Source of the DNA: Pecten maximus | Lineage: Eukaryota | Direction: 5' to 3' | Assembly: GCF_902652985.1 (NCBI RefSeq) | Contig: NC_047022.1 | Span: 43,710,001-43,774,000 of the forward strand | DNA: 64,000 nt | Shown here: positions 41,801-54,648 of the stretch, piece after piece | Position numbering within the stretch: the stretch's first letter is position 1 | Layout of the letters: every line of letters starts with the position of its first letter | Translations under genes and position numbers: made by a program | The notes under the pieces: model-generated | The model's input: the letters and a program-made list of their open reading frames with translations, nothing else | Database searches by the model: none | What the model was told of the DNA's origin: nothing

Positions 41801-44800
41801 ATTTTCTCTCTTGATTTTATTGTATTGTGTGTCTTGTTTGCAATTTTATTCTATCCTCGAAAAATAGCCAAACATCAACCTTACTTAACAGTTATTGTTC
41901 TTTACGACAGTATATCATTGAAATTGACTGATAATTAAATCTAAAGGTAATCCAATGACATGCTAGTTAACTGTCCCACGTCCCTGACTGATAATTAAAT
42001 CTAAAGGTAATCCATCACATGCTGGTTAACTGTCCCACGTCCCTGACTGGGTGTAAACGTACCTGATCCCTTTCATGTCACTAAATAAGATTTTGCCCAG
42101 AAGGAAGTCAGAATCGTCCACTGTAGCAGCCACATATCGTAGACAGACCTCTCCACGAGTGGGGTCGAGGATATTACGCTCCAACATGGAGATGTTAGCA
42201 CTAATCCTCTTACCGCCACCGTGAGCTTCAGCATCCTAGACACCACAAAACCAAAGTAAGATATAAACATAGGCTAAAGGCTGATCTAATACTCCCACAT
42301 ATAAAATGTGGAAATCATTAAAGGGCCATAACTCCCATGTGAATCTTCAAATTAACAAAAAGGGTTTTAATCTTGGTTGATCATACACTTTAGTTTATAT
42401 CAAACTTAGAAATTGTCCACATCAACATGTCTATGACAAGGATTCAGTTTTTGTCAAACCCAGTTACTTATGAAACCCTGTTCCTTCAGTAACTTTGTAA
42501 AATGTTAAATTACCTTATACAGAGCGTTGAAGATGGCTTTATATACTGGCTCCATGCTGGCGCCACCGGTCTCCGCAGCATTCACCACATGTTGTAGCCA
42601 CTTCTTCCTGGCCTCTCCTCGGATACGCTCAGCGTAAGTCCTCTGTAACAGTTACCGAGATCATGTTAGTGACTTCTTACTTTAGTGAATCTACTTTACC
42701 CCATATATTATAGGAACTAAGGAATTGATTCTACATGCGAGTTACAAGGTTAGTAATGATAGACAAAGACAGAGACTGTCTCCCCCAATCACTAACTTAT
42801 GTAACTATACAGCTGAAAAGGGACTCGGAAACCATCATATTTTCCACTTAAATTAAAAAAAAATATTTCTCTAGGACCCCAGGACCCTGGCCCTCGCTAC
42901 TTTTCCAGACTCAGACATATTGCTGTGCTAGTTAGACATGTCTATTTCCTTCCTGGTAAAAACAAATGTCTAATATATCCTTGGTGGAAAATCAGTGTGA
43001 CATGTTACTATTTACAGTGCATTCCACTTAATTGGGTTGTTTATTTGCAGGGGCTTTTACCTGATTAACTGACTTATGCAATAAGCCGAAATGCATGTCG
43101 TCATCTTGCATTTGTATATCTAAACTGGAAGTTACATGTATATACTAGTAAAACTGATTTTGTGTTTGTATTTCAGCTTCCCAATTTTACTTGTTTAAAT
43201 TAATTAACACAAACAGAAAATTCTATCAGTGTTTTGCTGTGTTATTATTTGGTTTGAACAGAGATCACAATATAGGATTGAGATATCTGGTTTTAAGGAG
43301 AAGGGGGAAGACACTGACAAGCTTGGACATCTTACCTCGACACTGTTGACGAGGAACTCCACAAAATAATCGAAGCTGTCGGCTCCTGGTAGTTCATCCA
43401 CAACCAGCAACACAAACTGTCGGAACTCACGCCGACTCAGGCGATTGTCCTGTGAGTACTTAGCTTGTTTTTTCAGGCTCACCTTGGCTGTGAACAGACA
43501 CAGAACAGTTACAGTACTTACACCCTTCAATATATCTCAGTATTTGTTTTCTACCATTCTCTCTATGTTATTAACTTGTACTCTCTCAAGTTTTTCCTAG
43601 TTTTTCAACACATACTATTGCCAGAACCTCTCACAAGGTTCTCCTTATTCTAACCTCACCCCTTTCTAAGACCTGGTTCTCCATATTCTAACCTCACCCC
43701 TATCTATGGCCCAGTTCTCCTTATTCTAACCTCACCCCTTTCTATGGCCCAGTTCTCCTTATTCTAACCTCACCCCTTTCTATGGCCTGGTTCTCCTTAT
43801 TCTAACCTCACCCCTTTCTATAGCCCGGTTCTCCTTATTCTAACCTCACCCCTTTCTATAGCCTGGTTCTCCTTATTCCAACCTCACCCCTTTCTATGGT
43901 CCGGTTCTCCTTATTCTAACCTTACCCCTTTCTATGGCCCATTTCTCCTTATTCTAACCTTACCCCTTTCTATGGCCCAGTTCTCCTTATTCCAACCTTA
44001 CCCCTTTCTATAGCCTGGTTCTCCTTATTCTAACCTTACCCCTATCTATGGCCGGGTTCTCCTTATTCTAACCTCACCCCTTTCTATAGCCTGGCTCTCC
44101 TTATTTAAACCTTACCCCTTTCTATGGTCCAGTTCTCCTTATTCTAACCTCACCCCTTTCTATGGCCCATTTCTCCTTATTCTAACCTCACCCCTTTCTA
44201 TGGCCGGGTTCTCCTTATTCTAACCTCACCCCTTTCTATAGCCTGGTTCTCCTTATTCCAACCTTACCCATATCTATGGCCGTGTTCTCCTTATTCTAAC
44301 CTTACCCCTTTCTATGGCCCAGTTCTTCTTATTCTAACCTTACCCATATCTATGGCCCAGTTCTCCTTATTCCAACCTCAACCCTTTCTATGGCCCATTT
44401 CTCCTTATTCTAACCTCACCCCTTTCTATGGCCCATTTCTCCTTATTCTAACCTCACCCCTTTCTATGGCCCATTTCTCCTTATTCTAACCTCACCCCTT
44501 TCTATGGCCTGGTTCTCCTTATTCCAACCTTACCCCTTTCTATAGCCTGGTTCTCCTTATTCTAACCTTACCCCTTTCTATAGCCCAGTTCTCCTTATTC
44601 TAACCTTACCCCTTTCTATAGCCCAGTTCTCCTTATTCCAACCTTACCCCTTTCTATGGCCGGGTTCTCCTTATTCTAACCTCACCCCTTTCTATAGCCT
44701 GGTTCTCCTTATTCCAACCTTACCCATATCTATGGCCGTGTTCTCCTTATTCTAACCTCACCCCTTTCTATAGCCCAGTTCTCCTTATTCCAACCTCACT

Positions 44801-47348
44801 CCTTTCTATAGCCAGGCTCTCCTTATTTAAACCTTACCCCTTTCTATGGCCCATTTCTCCTTATTCTAACCTCACCCCTTTCTATGGCCGGGTTCTCCTT
44901 ATTCTAACCTCACCCCTTTCTATAGCCTGGTTCTCCTTATTCCAACCTTACCCATATCTATGGCCGTGTTCTCCTTATTCTAACCTCACCCCTTTCTATA
45001 GCCCAGTTCTCCTTATTCCAACCTTACCCCTTTCTATAGCCTGGTTCTCCTTATTCTAACCTCACCCCTTTCTATGTTCCAGTTCTTCTTATTCTAACCT
45101 TACCCCTTTCTATGGCCGGGTTCTCCTTATTCTAACCTTACCCCTTTCTATGGCCTGGTTCTCCTTATTCTAACCTTACCCCTTTCTATGGCCTGGTTCT
45201 CCTTATTCTAACCTCACCCCTTTCTATAGCCTGGTCTCCTTATTCTAACCTTACCCCTTTCTATAGCCCAGTTCTCCTTATTCTAACCTTACCCCTTTCT
45301 ATAGCCCAGTTCTCCTTATTCCAACCTCAACCCTTTCTATGGCCCAGTTCTCCTTATTCTAACCTTACCCCTATCTATGGCCCAGTTCTCCTTATTTTAA
45401 CCTCACCCCTTTCTATAGCCTGGTTCTCCTTATTCTAACCTTACCCCTTTCTATGGCCCAGTTCTCCTTATTCTAACCTTACCCCTTTCTATGGCCCAGT
45501 TCTCCTTATTTTAAACTCACCCCTATCTATGGCCCAGTTCTCCTTATTCTAACCTCACCCCTTTCTATGGCCCAGTTCTCCTTATTATAACCTTACCCCT
45601 TTCTATAGCCCAGTTCTCCTTATTCTAACCTTACCCCTTTCTATGGCCCAGTTCTCCTTATTCTAACCTCACCCCTTTCTATGGCCCAGTTCTCCTTATT
45701 CTAACCTCACCCCTATCTATGGCCCAGTTCTCCTTATTCTAACCTTACCCCTTTCTATAGCCCAGTTCTCCTTATTATAACCTTACCCCTTTCTATAGCC
45801 TGGTTCTCTTGTCCTTCCTTGTATTTCTGCATGACTGTTTCAACCTCGTCCAGATCAAGATAGCCAGCTCCATCATTGTCCCACTTCTCAAACAGGATGT
45901 CCATCTGATGTTTACGCTGGGATGACAGTGCCTCTTTACGGGCCTGTAACAAAAACATGCCACAGTAATCACACACCTCATAAACCTGTATACTGCAGCA
46001 TGATGTATTTGATCACATTAAACTGTTTGACCAAACTTTACCTTCATCAGTCTCTCCATTTTCTCATCTTCTGTCTCCTCGTATCCACCCTTGATAAACT
46101 TAGCGAGAGTCTCAAATGTAGCCTTTTCCACGGGATCTTCTCCGAGGAATGTCTCCGTCAGATGGACAAACTGTGATACATTCAGTGAGTTCTCATCAAA
46201 CGCTGAGGCACCAGAGGTCTTACTGATGTGGGTCATTGCTGAAAAAATCACACTTCAGTAGGTTTTTTGCCTTATTTAAGTTATTTAAGCAACAAATGGC
46301 TTACTTGCTTATATATCGATTTAAAAAAAAAAAGGATTTGATATAAGAATTGCTAAAAAAGCAAATAAGAAAAATCTATCATGGTAATACTAACATTACC
46401 GCTGAACAATCAAACACTGTATTACATTTCATCAGTCAGTCTAACAATAAGCTTGTTTACAGCAGCCATATAAGTGAGCTTACAAACTTTACAATATTAT
46501 CTACTCCATCAGGAAGTTTCTAGTATGTGGACTGGTACCTGTCTTTTCCCGACTAAACGTTGTGCCCAAAGCGAATGTGACAGATGTATTCTCAGCCGTG
46601 GCGGTCTTAGGTGGGTCTGTCTCTGGCACTGTTTCGGGCACTGCCTCTGTAATGCAGGTCAGAATCACAAAGGTCAAAGGTTAAATATGACTCGACAAAT
46701 GTATTTCTATTAATAACATCCATAATTAAAGTCATTATACATTTTTAATTAACATCTAATTTGGATAAATTAAATGACTCGACAAATGTATTTCTATTAA
46801 TAACATCCATAATTAAAGTCATTATACATTTTTAATTAACATCTAATTTGGATAAATTAAATTATGTTAACCACATTTTCTTTTCCCTGTAATTTTCTAA
46901 CAATACCTTCAGTAAATTAGATTGTTCAGTAAAAGTTCAATCATTGAACATGATGCACTTGTAATAAGAAATTATTCAAATTAAATGTTAGATAAACCTA
47001 TGTATCACAGAGAATATGGTAATTTCATTTCAAAAACTAATACAAAGTAGCTTTGTATTTCCTTTATTTACATTTATTAAGTAAGGTAAAAATTTGGCAT
47101 GCAATATTATATGACTGTACCGTAGTATATGTGTAACGATTACAGAACAAACAACAATAACATGTAAAAGTGTAGTAAATATGAAAGCTTGTCCATGTCA
47201 ATTTTTTTAATCAAGCGAAAAAAAAAATTGAGGTAAAGCATGAGGACAATTTGTAAAGTGCTGATATTTTCAGACTAAGGCACAGATATGATCTGGACAA
47301 ATTTCTTTTCCTTCCAAAAATCTGGAATGCCCCTGTCAAACATCTAAT

Positions 47349-47390
<42 letters not shown>

Positions 47391-50300
47391 CCATAGTCAT
47401 AGTGACAATGACCTTGACCAAGAAACCCTATAATTTTAACCTGTCAGAGATATATTCCTCAAAGTATGGAGCTGCCAGAGCACTGACAAGTGGGGTATAT
47501 ATAAGATGGAAGGAGAAGAAAACTATAGACACACCCAGTTTAACCAGCAGGCGACTAATTAGGTGTAGACCTATTTGACAGGTTTAAGCATTGTTATATG
47601 CATTTAAAGTACAGACATTGACATGGAGAGACTTTCATTATGTAAATGGCATGCTGGAAACAGTGAATTCAAACAACTTACAACGATTTGTGATGAAGTG
47701 ATCAGATAGAATCCTTATACATATCATACTTACAAAACAAATCTGTGATTTGGGAGCTGAGGATTATAATCAAGTGGGTGTGTGCATAAGCTCATTAGTG
47801 AAATAATGGTCTTGTTTTATGATGAATTAGCTTAAGGAGAATGCATTACACAGGGGAGGTATATAAAGCAGGATTTATCTGTAGTAACATTTGTTAGACC
47901 AGTACTAGATGTTAGAATGAGATGGTCACCCTCAGCCCATGATCACTACCTTCTTTAGGGGAAGTCTCCTCTCCTTCCTTCTCACCAGCCTCTTCAGCTT
48001 TTCCTTCCTCTTTCTTTTCTGTTGCTTCTTCCTCTGCCTTTTCTGTTGTTCCCTCCTCTGGTTTATCTGCGGTACCTTCCTCTGTCTGTTCAGTTGTTAC
48101 TTCCTCCGTCTTTTCAGTTGTTACTTCCTCTGTCTTTTCTGCTGGTGTTTCCTCCTTTTTCTCTATTTCCTGGTTGTCTGTCTCTGTTTTTGTCTGTCCG
48201 TCTGTTACTGTTTCTTCTGTCTTTTTCTGCTCTGTTTTTTCCTCTACCTTTTCTTCTTGGATGTCAGCAGGTTTTTCTTCTGATTGTTCAACTTTCTCCT
48301 CTGGTTTTTCATCTTGCTTCTCTTGTTTTGTCTCTGATTTTTCTTCATCTACCTTGACCTCCTCTTGCTTGACCTCTTCCTGTTGTGCCTCCCCATCAGC
48401 TGGCTTCTCTCCTTCAGTTGGCTTCTCTCCCTCAGTCGGTTTCTCCCCCTCGGTTGGTTTCTCTACCTCTGTCGGTTTCTCTCCCTCAGTCGGTTTCTCT
48501 CCCTCAGTCGGTTTCTCTCCCTCAGTCGGTTTCTCTCCCTCGGTCGGTTTCTCTCCCTCAGTCGGTTTCTCCCCCTCAGTTGGAGCCTCGGTCTCCGCCG
48601 TACCTTCCTCCTTGGGTTTGTCTCCCTCTGTAGCTTCAGCTCCGTCAGTAGTGCTCTGTTGTTGTACGACCTCCTTGTCTATCAGATTTATTGGTAACAA
48701 AGCAAAAATCAACAAAGGTAAGGTGCAACACAAGCAAAAAGAAACTTCTGTTAGGCCAGTCCAGTCAGTCATTACAGAGTAATTAAGATCTACAGCTATT
48801 GGTAACAGCTTCCTTTGTTTATAAACTATTGGTAACAGCTTCCTTTGTCTATAAACTATTGGTAACAGCTTCCTTTGTCTATAAACTAATTGGTAACAGC
48901 TTCCTTTGTCTATAAACTAATTGGTAACAGCTTCCCTTGTCTATAAACTATCGGTAACAGCTTCCTTTGTCTATAAACTATTGGTAACAGCTTTCTTTGT
49001 CTATAAACTATCGGTAACAGCTTCATTTGTCTATAAACTATCGGTAACAGCTTCTTTTGTCTATAAACTATCGGTAACAGCTTCCTTTGTCTATAAACTA
49101 TTGGTAACAACTTCCTTTGTCTATAAACTATCGGTAACAGCTTCCTTTGTCTATAAACTATCGGTAACAGCTTCCTTTGTCTATAAACTATTGGTAACAA
49201 CTTCCTTTGTCTATAAACTATTGGTAACAGCTTCTTTTGTCTATAAACTATTGGTAACAGCTTCCCTTGTCTATAAACTATCGGTAACAGCTTCTTTTGT
49301 CTATAAACTATTGGTAACAGCTTCCCTTGTCTATAAACTATCGGTAACAGCTTCCTTTGTCTATAAACTATCGGTAACAGCTTCCTTTGTCTATAAACTA
49401 TTGGTAACAGCTTCTTTTGTCTATAAACTATTGGCAACAGCTTTCTTTGCTTATAAAGATATTTCAAGATGGTTTTTATTTGTTTGAAGAGTTCTGATAA
49501 TAATTATCTTGCCATCCATTTTGTTGCAGTGTCTAATGAGGAGTAGATTATTGATTAACATCCTAAATAACTCTAATCTGGCTTCTTAATTGTCTGCAGA
49601 ATTTAGACAAATGATCAATATTTCATTTTCAGTCCCATTGAGATATGTTATGAAAAACTGTCTTTTCTAGGATAGTATATATGTATCATATCAAATAGTC
49701 TTGATCTACAACTATGTTACTGAGTTGACTAGTAATGATGAGTTAATGTCTGGATCATTGTTCGATCTAAGCTGACTTGAATCAAATAAACTTAATCCTA
49801 CTCCCAGGCAAAAGGCTGAATGGTTGAATTTTTTCCTTAATGTTCACATTTTATTAAAAGAAATATCATAATAGATCTCGATCTGACTGAAAAGGCTTAA
49901 CAAGATCTTGTAACATGGCAAAATAAACATTTCATGCAATAAAAAATAACCATAAACATTGAAGCATGCAAGAACAGGTAATAATATGTGTGCATCATCA
50001 TCCAGAGTAATCGTCAAATGTGCTGTTCATGCCTCGTCATAAATACATTACATATGTCACAGATTGTGTAGAAAATATCAGTGACGTTTAATATCAAACA
50101 TTTCAACAATAGACCAGGCAATAATTTCTACTTACTTGTCTTTTTGATTGGACTATTAATAAATTACTAAAATGTCTTTTATTTCAATAAAAAGTAGCGT
50201 GAAATAAATTGCTATAAATTCTTATGTATCCATTATGACATTATCTGTATATACTCATCAAAACTTAACGATATGATAGGATTTAGGATTTAGGATTTAG

Positions 50301-53300
50301 GATACAGTTAAAGTGAACTCTGTACCTTCTGTTTTCTGTTGAGTCTCTGGCTTTGTCTCTTCCTTCTTCTCAAATTCATCATCCTCAAAATAGTCGACCA
50401 CCTCATCCACCTCGGCCACTGGCCCTGAAACAAAACAAACAAAAGTATATTTCTATTTTACATTTTTTGGGAGTAGTCTGTATCATTTAAACCCACAAAA
50501 GGAAATCAAGAACAGCACTATATCAGTAATTTTAAATACAGCAGAGGAGATTGATAAATAACTGAGAAAGTTACTGACTTAGATGTATAGATAAAACACT
50601 AGAATAGAATCAAGGCAAGGTAGTGAGAATTCACATAATAAAAATAAACTACAAAGATAGATGGTATTGAGAATCAGTTAGGTGTAGTCCAGAGTATGGC
50701 ATCATTACAATCAACACATCTTTATAGTCATAAAAACATACATAATTACAATCAACACATCCATATAAACATACATCTCCTCGGATTCCTCAGGTTCCTC
50801 TTTATATCCTCCTTCAGAGTGTCCCAATAGGATTCAAACAGACTCAGAATTCTGTGTCTGTCCAGTAGTCCGATCTACAACAATAAAATCAGTATTACAT
50901 ATTAGTGTATGTGTGTATCAACAAATTCTATAAAACTGTAACTGTATTGATCTTTTTGAGGAATAAAACTAGAGTGTCAAGTTAACCATGTGACTATTAT
51001 ATAAACATGTAATCTGATTGGTTCATAAAACCTTAGTGTGTCTACATTTTCACCTCCAAACATGAATTCAAAGTCATGAAAAAAAAGAAAGAAAAATGAA
51101 AAAAAAAAAAAGAAAAGAAAAAAGATATAGCACTTCATTCAGTCATACATCTACTTTTCTTGGTTGTTCCCAGCGAAGTAGGCTTGTTATGATGCTGGTT
51201 TTGTTTGATTCTACTATGGATTTTAATAATATCAACTGATGATTATCAAAAGTGGGGTTCAGTAGTCACAGTATATTCACTGAGTGATGTTCTTTATGTT
51301 TCCTGGTCAAGTGTTGTAATGCAGATTCCAGATATCTATTTGGTCAAAGTAAAATAACAGATACCATTGGTTATTTAACTTAAGTATTTATTGGTCATAG
51401 TAACATAACAGTGACCACTGGCTATTTACTTTCGGACTGGTCACTGGTAAAGTCTGTACTTACTCCACTGTGGTCACATGTGATGAAGAGGTTGGTAAGA
51501 AGTATACGTCGTGCCTCACGACTAGCAGCCGCTCTATGAGAAGTTGCACACTTGGATAGATGTGTCATGAATTCATCAAAAATGTCTTTACTCAGCTCTT
51601 CTACAAACATCCCCATGTACTGTAAAGAGATAAGTACTGGTATAAGTCCTGGATAAACTACTTTGGGTAATACATAGAGGTTACACAACGAGTGGTTGTT
51701 GGATATGGAATTTATTTCACACGAGTAAGTTATTTTCTAAAAGTTACAAAGGACACGAGCTTTAGAGAGTGTTTTTTGCAACTTTTAAAAAATAACTTAC
51801 GAGTGTGAAATAAATTCCATATCCAACAATTTCGAGTCGTGTGACCTGTTTCTACCACAATAATATCGGCTTGAATCAAAAGGAAACGCAGGGAGTCCTA
51901 TATATATACATTAATCTGGGTAATACACTGATATATATCATATCAAAACCCTTTATACTGGCTTATACTCTCTCAGTCCTATATACATGTATATACACTA
52001 CTCTGGGTAATACACTGATATATATCATATCAAAACCCTTTATACTGGCTTATACTCTCTCAGTCCTATATAAATATATACAGTGTGTATATATATATAA
52101 ATAGATGGCAATGTATGTAAACAATATATAATATGCCATATAACAGCTAGCAAATGTTCATTGTATAAAAAGAATTGTTACAGTAGTTTTTTTTAATGTT
52201 ATTGCTTTGGGTCCATAAAAAATACAGCAAAATTAGGTCAATTTATGTAATGAAAAAACTCTTTATTTGATATGAAGTATCATCAAAAGTTTGTAATACA
52301 AACAAATTGTTTTGAATAATGCAAAAAAAATATTTAAATAAAAAACCTACAAATATTTCATTTTATGGTGTATTTTTTCTTCTATGCCATATCATATGAT
52401 CTACACAGAAATATTCTTTGGTTTAATACTATGAACAACAAAAATATTACACCTATATATGGGTGGGCTTATTACCAGGCATACACATATTTTCATATAT
52501 AAAGCATACATACCAATGTCATATCTTACAAAGACAATAACTAATGAATACACTGAATTTTATGATTAAGTTTTCAACAATTAAAGGTTTGTCTATAAGG
52601 ACACATACTCTAGCGAACTCCTTAACAGTCAGTGACTTCCCAGTCTCATCTGTTGGCTCTAGTGCATGGCTCAACTTGGCAGCATTTTGTAACTCTTCTG
52701 GGAAAGTTTCAGCAATTTCAACAAAGGACCGTAAAGCATTCTGGACCTGATCAAAATATAAGGAAAATGAGGATAGCAATGTAGGAAAATGAGGATAGCA
52801 ATGTAGGAAAATGAGGATAGCAATGTGTCTAGAAGTTTGTGAGAACATGTATTGTAGAATTTATAATTGAAAATGAACATTGATATGGACAAAAAAATAA
52901 TCGCATATTATTAAGGTACATTTGCTAAATCTTTTATCTTTAAGTTTAATTCTTAATGGTTCATTTTTTTTGTAGTTTTGCCAAATATTGCAAACAAAAA
53001 GGACAAATGGTACATTTTTTACAGAAATTTTGAAATGGATGTTACTTCCATTTTTTTAAAAGTGTTTTTATTTTGTTTTTAGTTTTTCCAGTTCTCCTTG
53101 AACTTAACTAAATGGTTCATATAACCCCTTGAAAACAACTTACCTGGTGTAGAGTATAAACTTGGGTTATAACAGTCCTCAAATATCTTAACTTATATCA
53201 CTTCCTCGGGACAATATAGAGTCAGAAAAAGCCAACTTGAGTTAAATGACTTACGATAGACAGTTCTACTCGGCCATCCGGTTGGATATTCCAGCTGCAG

Positions 53301-54648
53301 AACTGTTCCATGAAAGCTCCTTCCCTTCGCTCCCTTTCTTGTTGTTTGAGAAGTTCCAGTCGGTCTCTCTCTTCTCTCCTCCTCTTTGCCTCAGCCTTAA
53401 TTCTTGCCAATCTTAAAAGTCAATGTCAATTGTTTCATGACAATTTTTTCCCAATTTTTTTATTTTAAATTTATTTCCACAAACTATGATCACATTTCCT
53501 TCCATTTAGATTTTTGTAAGATATAATAGGATACAACATTTTTTTTCTGGGACAGCAAAGAAAAGGAATTATTAAGTAGAGTTTTTGAAAACAAAAACCT
53601 GACTCGTCATAAGACATTAAAAACATTTTGATTTTGGTGTTAAACCCAAAATTTCTTATTAAATCAGCCAGATTTCATGAATATATGTAATATGATTCAA
53701 TGAGGAAACATAAACATCATTAGTTAATGATTTTGGTCTAGGAAATGCTGCTAATGTCCGTATCTGCTCAGAGTAACCATATTGACAAAGGTGCTTTAAA
53801 ATCAGAATCATAGGAATAAAACTGTTTTTCTTGACCTAATGTTGTCTCTGTGGTACATGTATGCCTGTATCTCTGGCCTTTACAAAAGATGAATTGCCAT
53901 TATATGACACTGGTTGTTTGTGAGAACATTAAACCCCGAACAAACAATTAATATTGTGGAAAGATAAACAGATGTAGGAACCCCCCTCCCCAGATAGCCA
54001 TGAACAGCTTTCAATGTTGAATAGCTACATGTGCACTACATACCTGTTGTCCTCAATGTTAAACAGCTGTTTCTTGAGATCATCAGCCACCTCCCTCAGG
54101 CCTCTTACATATGGTGATGCCTCTGAGAGGTTACAATATCTAGGATTATTCCTCATCAGGTACTGAGCTAAGAAGTTAATGGGATTAAAATTTGGTGCCA
54201 TATCTTGCTCTTCTGCTAGTCCTCTATTGTCTGCCTCGTTAAGTAATTTCTCCACTCCCAGAATCAGGGTTGGTAACACTTTATCTACCAAGTATGCCCT
54301 AACTTCTAATGTTGCCTCATTGTTATTAAGCCATTCTTTAGCAAGAACTTCAATGGGGATTTTTCTGGCAACTTTCTTAGCATCATCTCTTGAGAGTCTA
54401 ACATTCTGTTTCTTTTCGTTCCGTATAACCACTAATTTTTCCATCATGTTCTGTTCGTGAAGTCTCTTCCACCTTCTGACAGCACTTCTGACAACAGGTT
54501 TTGAGTAATCCCCAGAGTTTGGTGTGCCTGGTGTTTTTCTCCCTGTAGCACTCCCATTGCGATTCTGATTATCCTTCCCTGCTGATAAAGTCACTCTCTT
54601 TTTTGGACTGCTTGGAGTGCTCGGCTTCACAGCTAAGGTGTCCGCCAT
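35890..54648 (-). CDS. EFCAB5: EF-hand calcium-binding domain-containing protein 5, 20 coding exons, ~1386 aa if the 1-nt frameshift in exon 19 is corrected
   Basis: Exons: 54648-54044, 53411-53255, 52746-52609, 51619-51464, 50874-50775, 50424-50326, 48678-47950, 46646-46539, 46238-46042, 45943-45787, 43487-43336, 42642-42514, 42235-42063, 41634-41541, 40733-40599, 40288-40035, 38688-38438, 37169-36943, 36556-36453, 36086-35890. All GT-AG and phase-consistent except exon 19. Signature [38 protein letters not shown]; EF-hand [18 protein letters not shown]; GAF-like segments. Confidence 0.92.
37734..38447. repeat. 31-bp minisatellite (~23 copies) derived from the exon 17 donor of EFCAB5
   Basis: Minus-strand unit TGGTGTTAG|GTACAATTCTATATCAAAGTTT versus true junction ATGGTGTTAG|GTATGTTTCTCTATCAAACTTT. 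Confidence 0.92.
39010..40037. repeat. ~37-bp (18-20-bp monomer) minisatellite in EFCAB5 intron 16, starting at the donor
   Basis: Minus-strand monomers CAG-GTAAGGGAGGTGTGCAA / CAG-GTATGGGTGTGCAA versus true junction CAG|GTAAGAGCAAGATGCAA; degenerate near the exon, homogeneous further away. Confidence 0.85.
43637..45808. repeat. 38-bp minisatellite (~57 copies) derived from the exon 10 donor of EFCAB5
   Basis: Minus-strand unit GAGAACTGGGCCATAGAAAGGG|GTRAGGTTAGAATAAG versus true junction GAGAACCAGGCTATAGAAAGGG|GTAAGGTTATAATAAG. Confidence 0.95.
48400..48582 (-). repeat. 18-bp coding repeat (PTEGEK)x~10 in EFCAB5 exon 7
   Basis: Translation [12 protein letters not shown]... within a 729-nt Glu/Lys/Thr-rich exon. 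Confidence 0.9.
48795..49457. repeat. 30-bp minisatellite (~22 copies) resembling the exon 7 acceptor of EFCAB5
   Basis: Minus-strand unit TGTTACCAATAGTTTATAG|ACAAAGGAAGC versus true acceptor TGTTACCAATAAATCTGATAG|ACAAGGAGGT. Confidence 0.9.
51688..51838. mobile_element. Palindromic MITE-like element (~150-bp hairpin)
   Basis: ttgttggatatggaatttatttcacacgagtaagttatttt..aaaagtt pairs with aacttttaaaaataacttacgagtgtgaaataaattccatatccaacaa. Confidence 0.75.

Noticed and set aside
37734-45808. Regular arrays as possible CRISPR loci
   Set aside because: No unique spacers, no cas genes, eukaryotic intronic context.
47350-47386. Poly-C tracts (also ~2545-2564 and 21401-21429) as G-quadruplex elements
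   Set aside because: Simple homopolymers of unreliable length, with no supporting context.
47939-48782. Several plus-strand Phe/Leu/Ser-rich ORFs
   Set aside because: Antisense shadows of the purine-rich EFCAB5 exon 7.
48910-49487. ORFs ([10 protein letters not shown])n and the antisense equivalent
   Set aside because: Intronic 30-bp array; the frame does not match the EFCAB5 splice phase.
41924-52825. Short intronic duplications near exons (60 bp x2 at ~41925-42048, ~87 bp x2 at ~46686-46858, ~84 bp x2 at ~51915-52070, 22 bp x3 at ~52760-52825)
   Set aside because: Close to junctions but they do not include the GT/AG, so they were not counted as splice-site-derived arrays.
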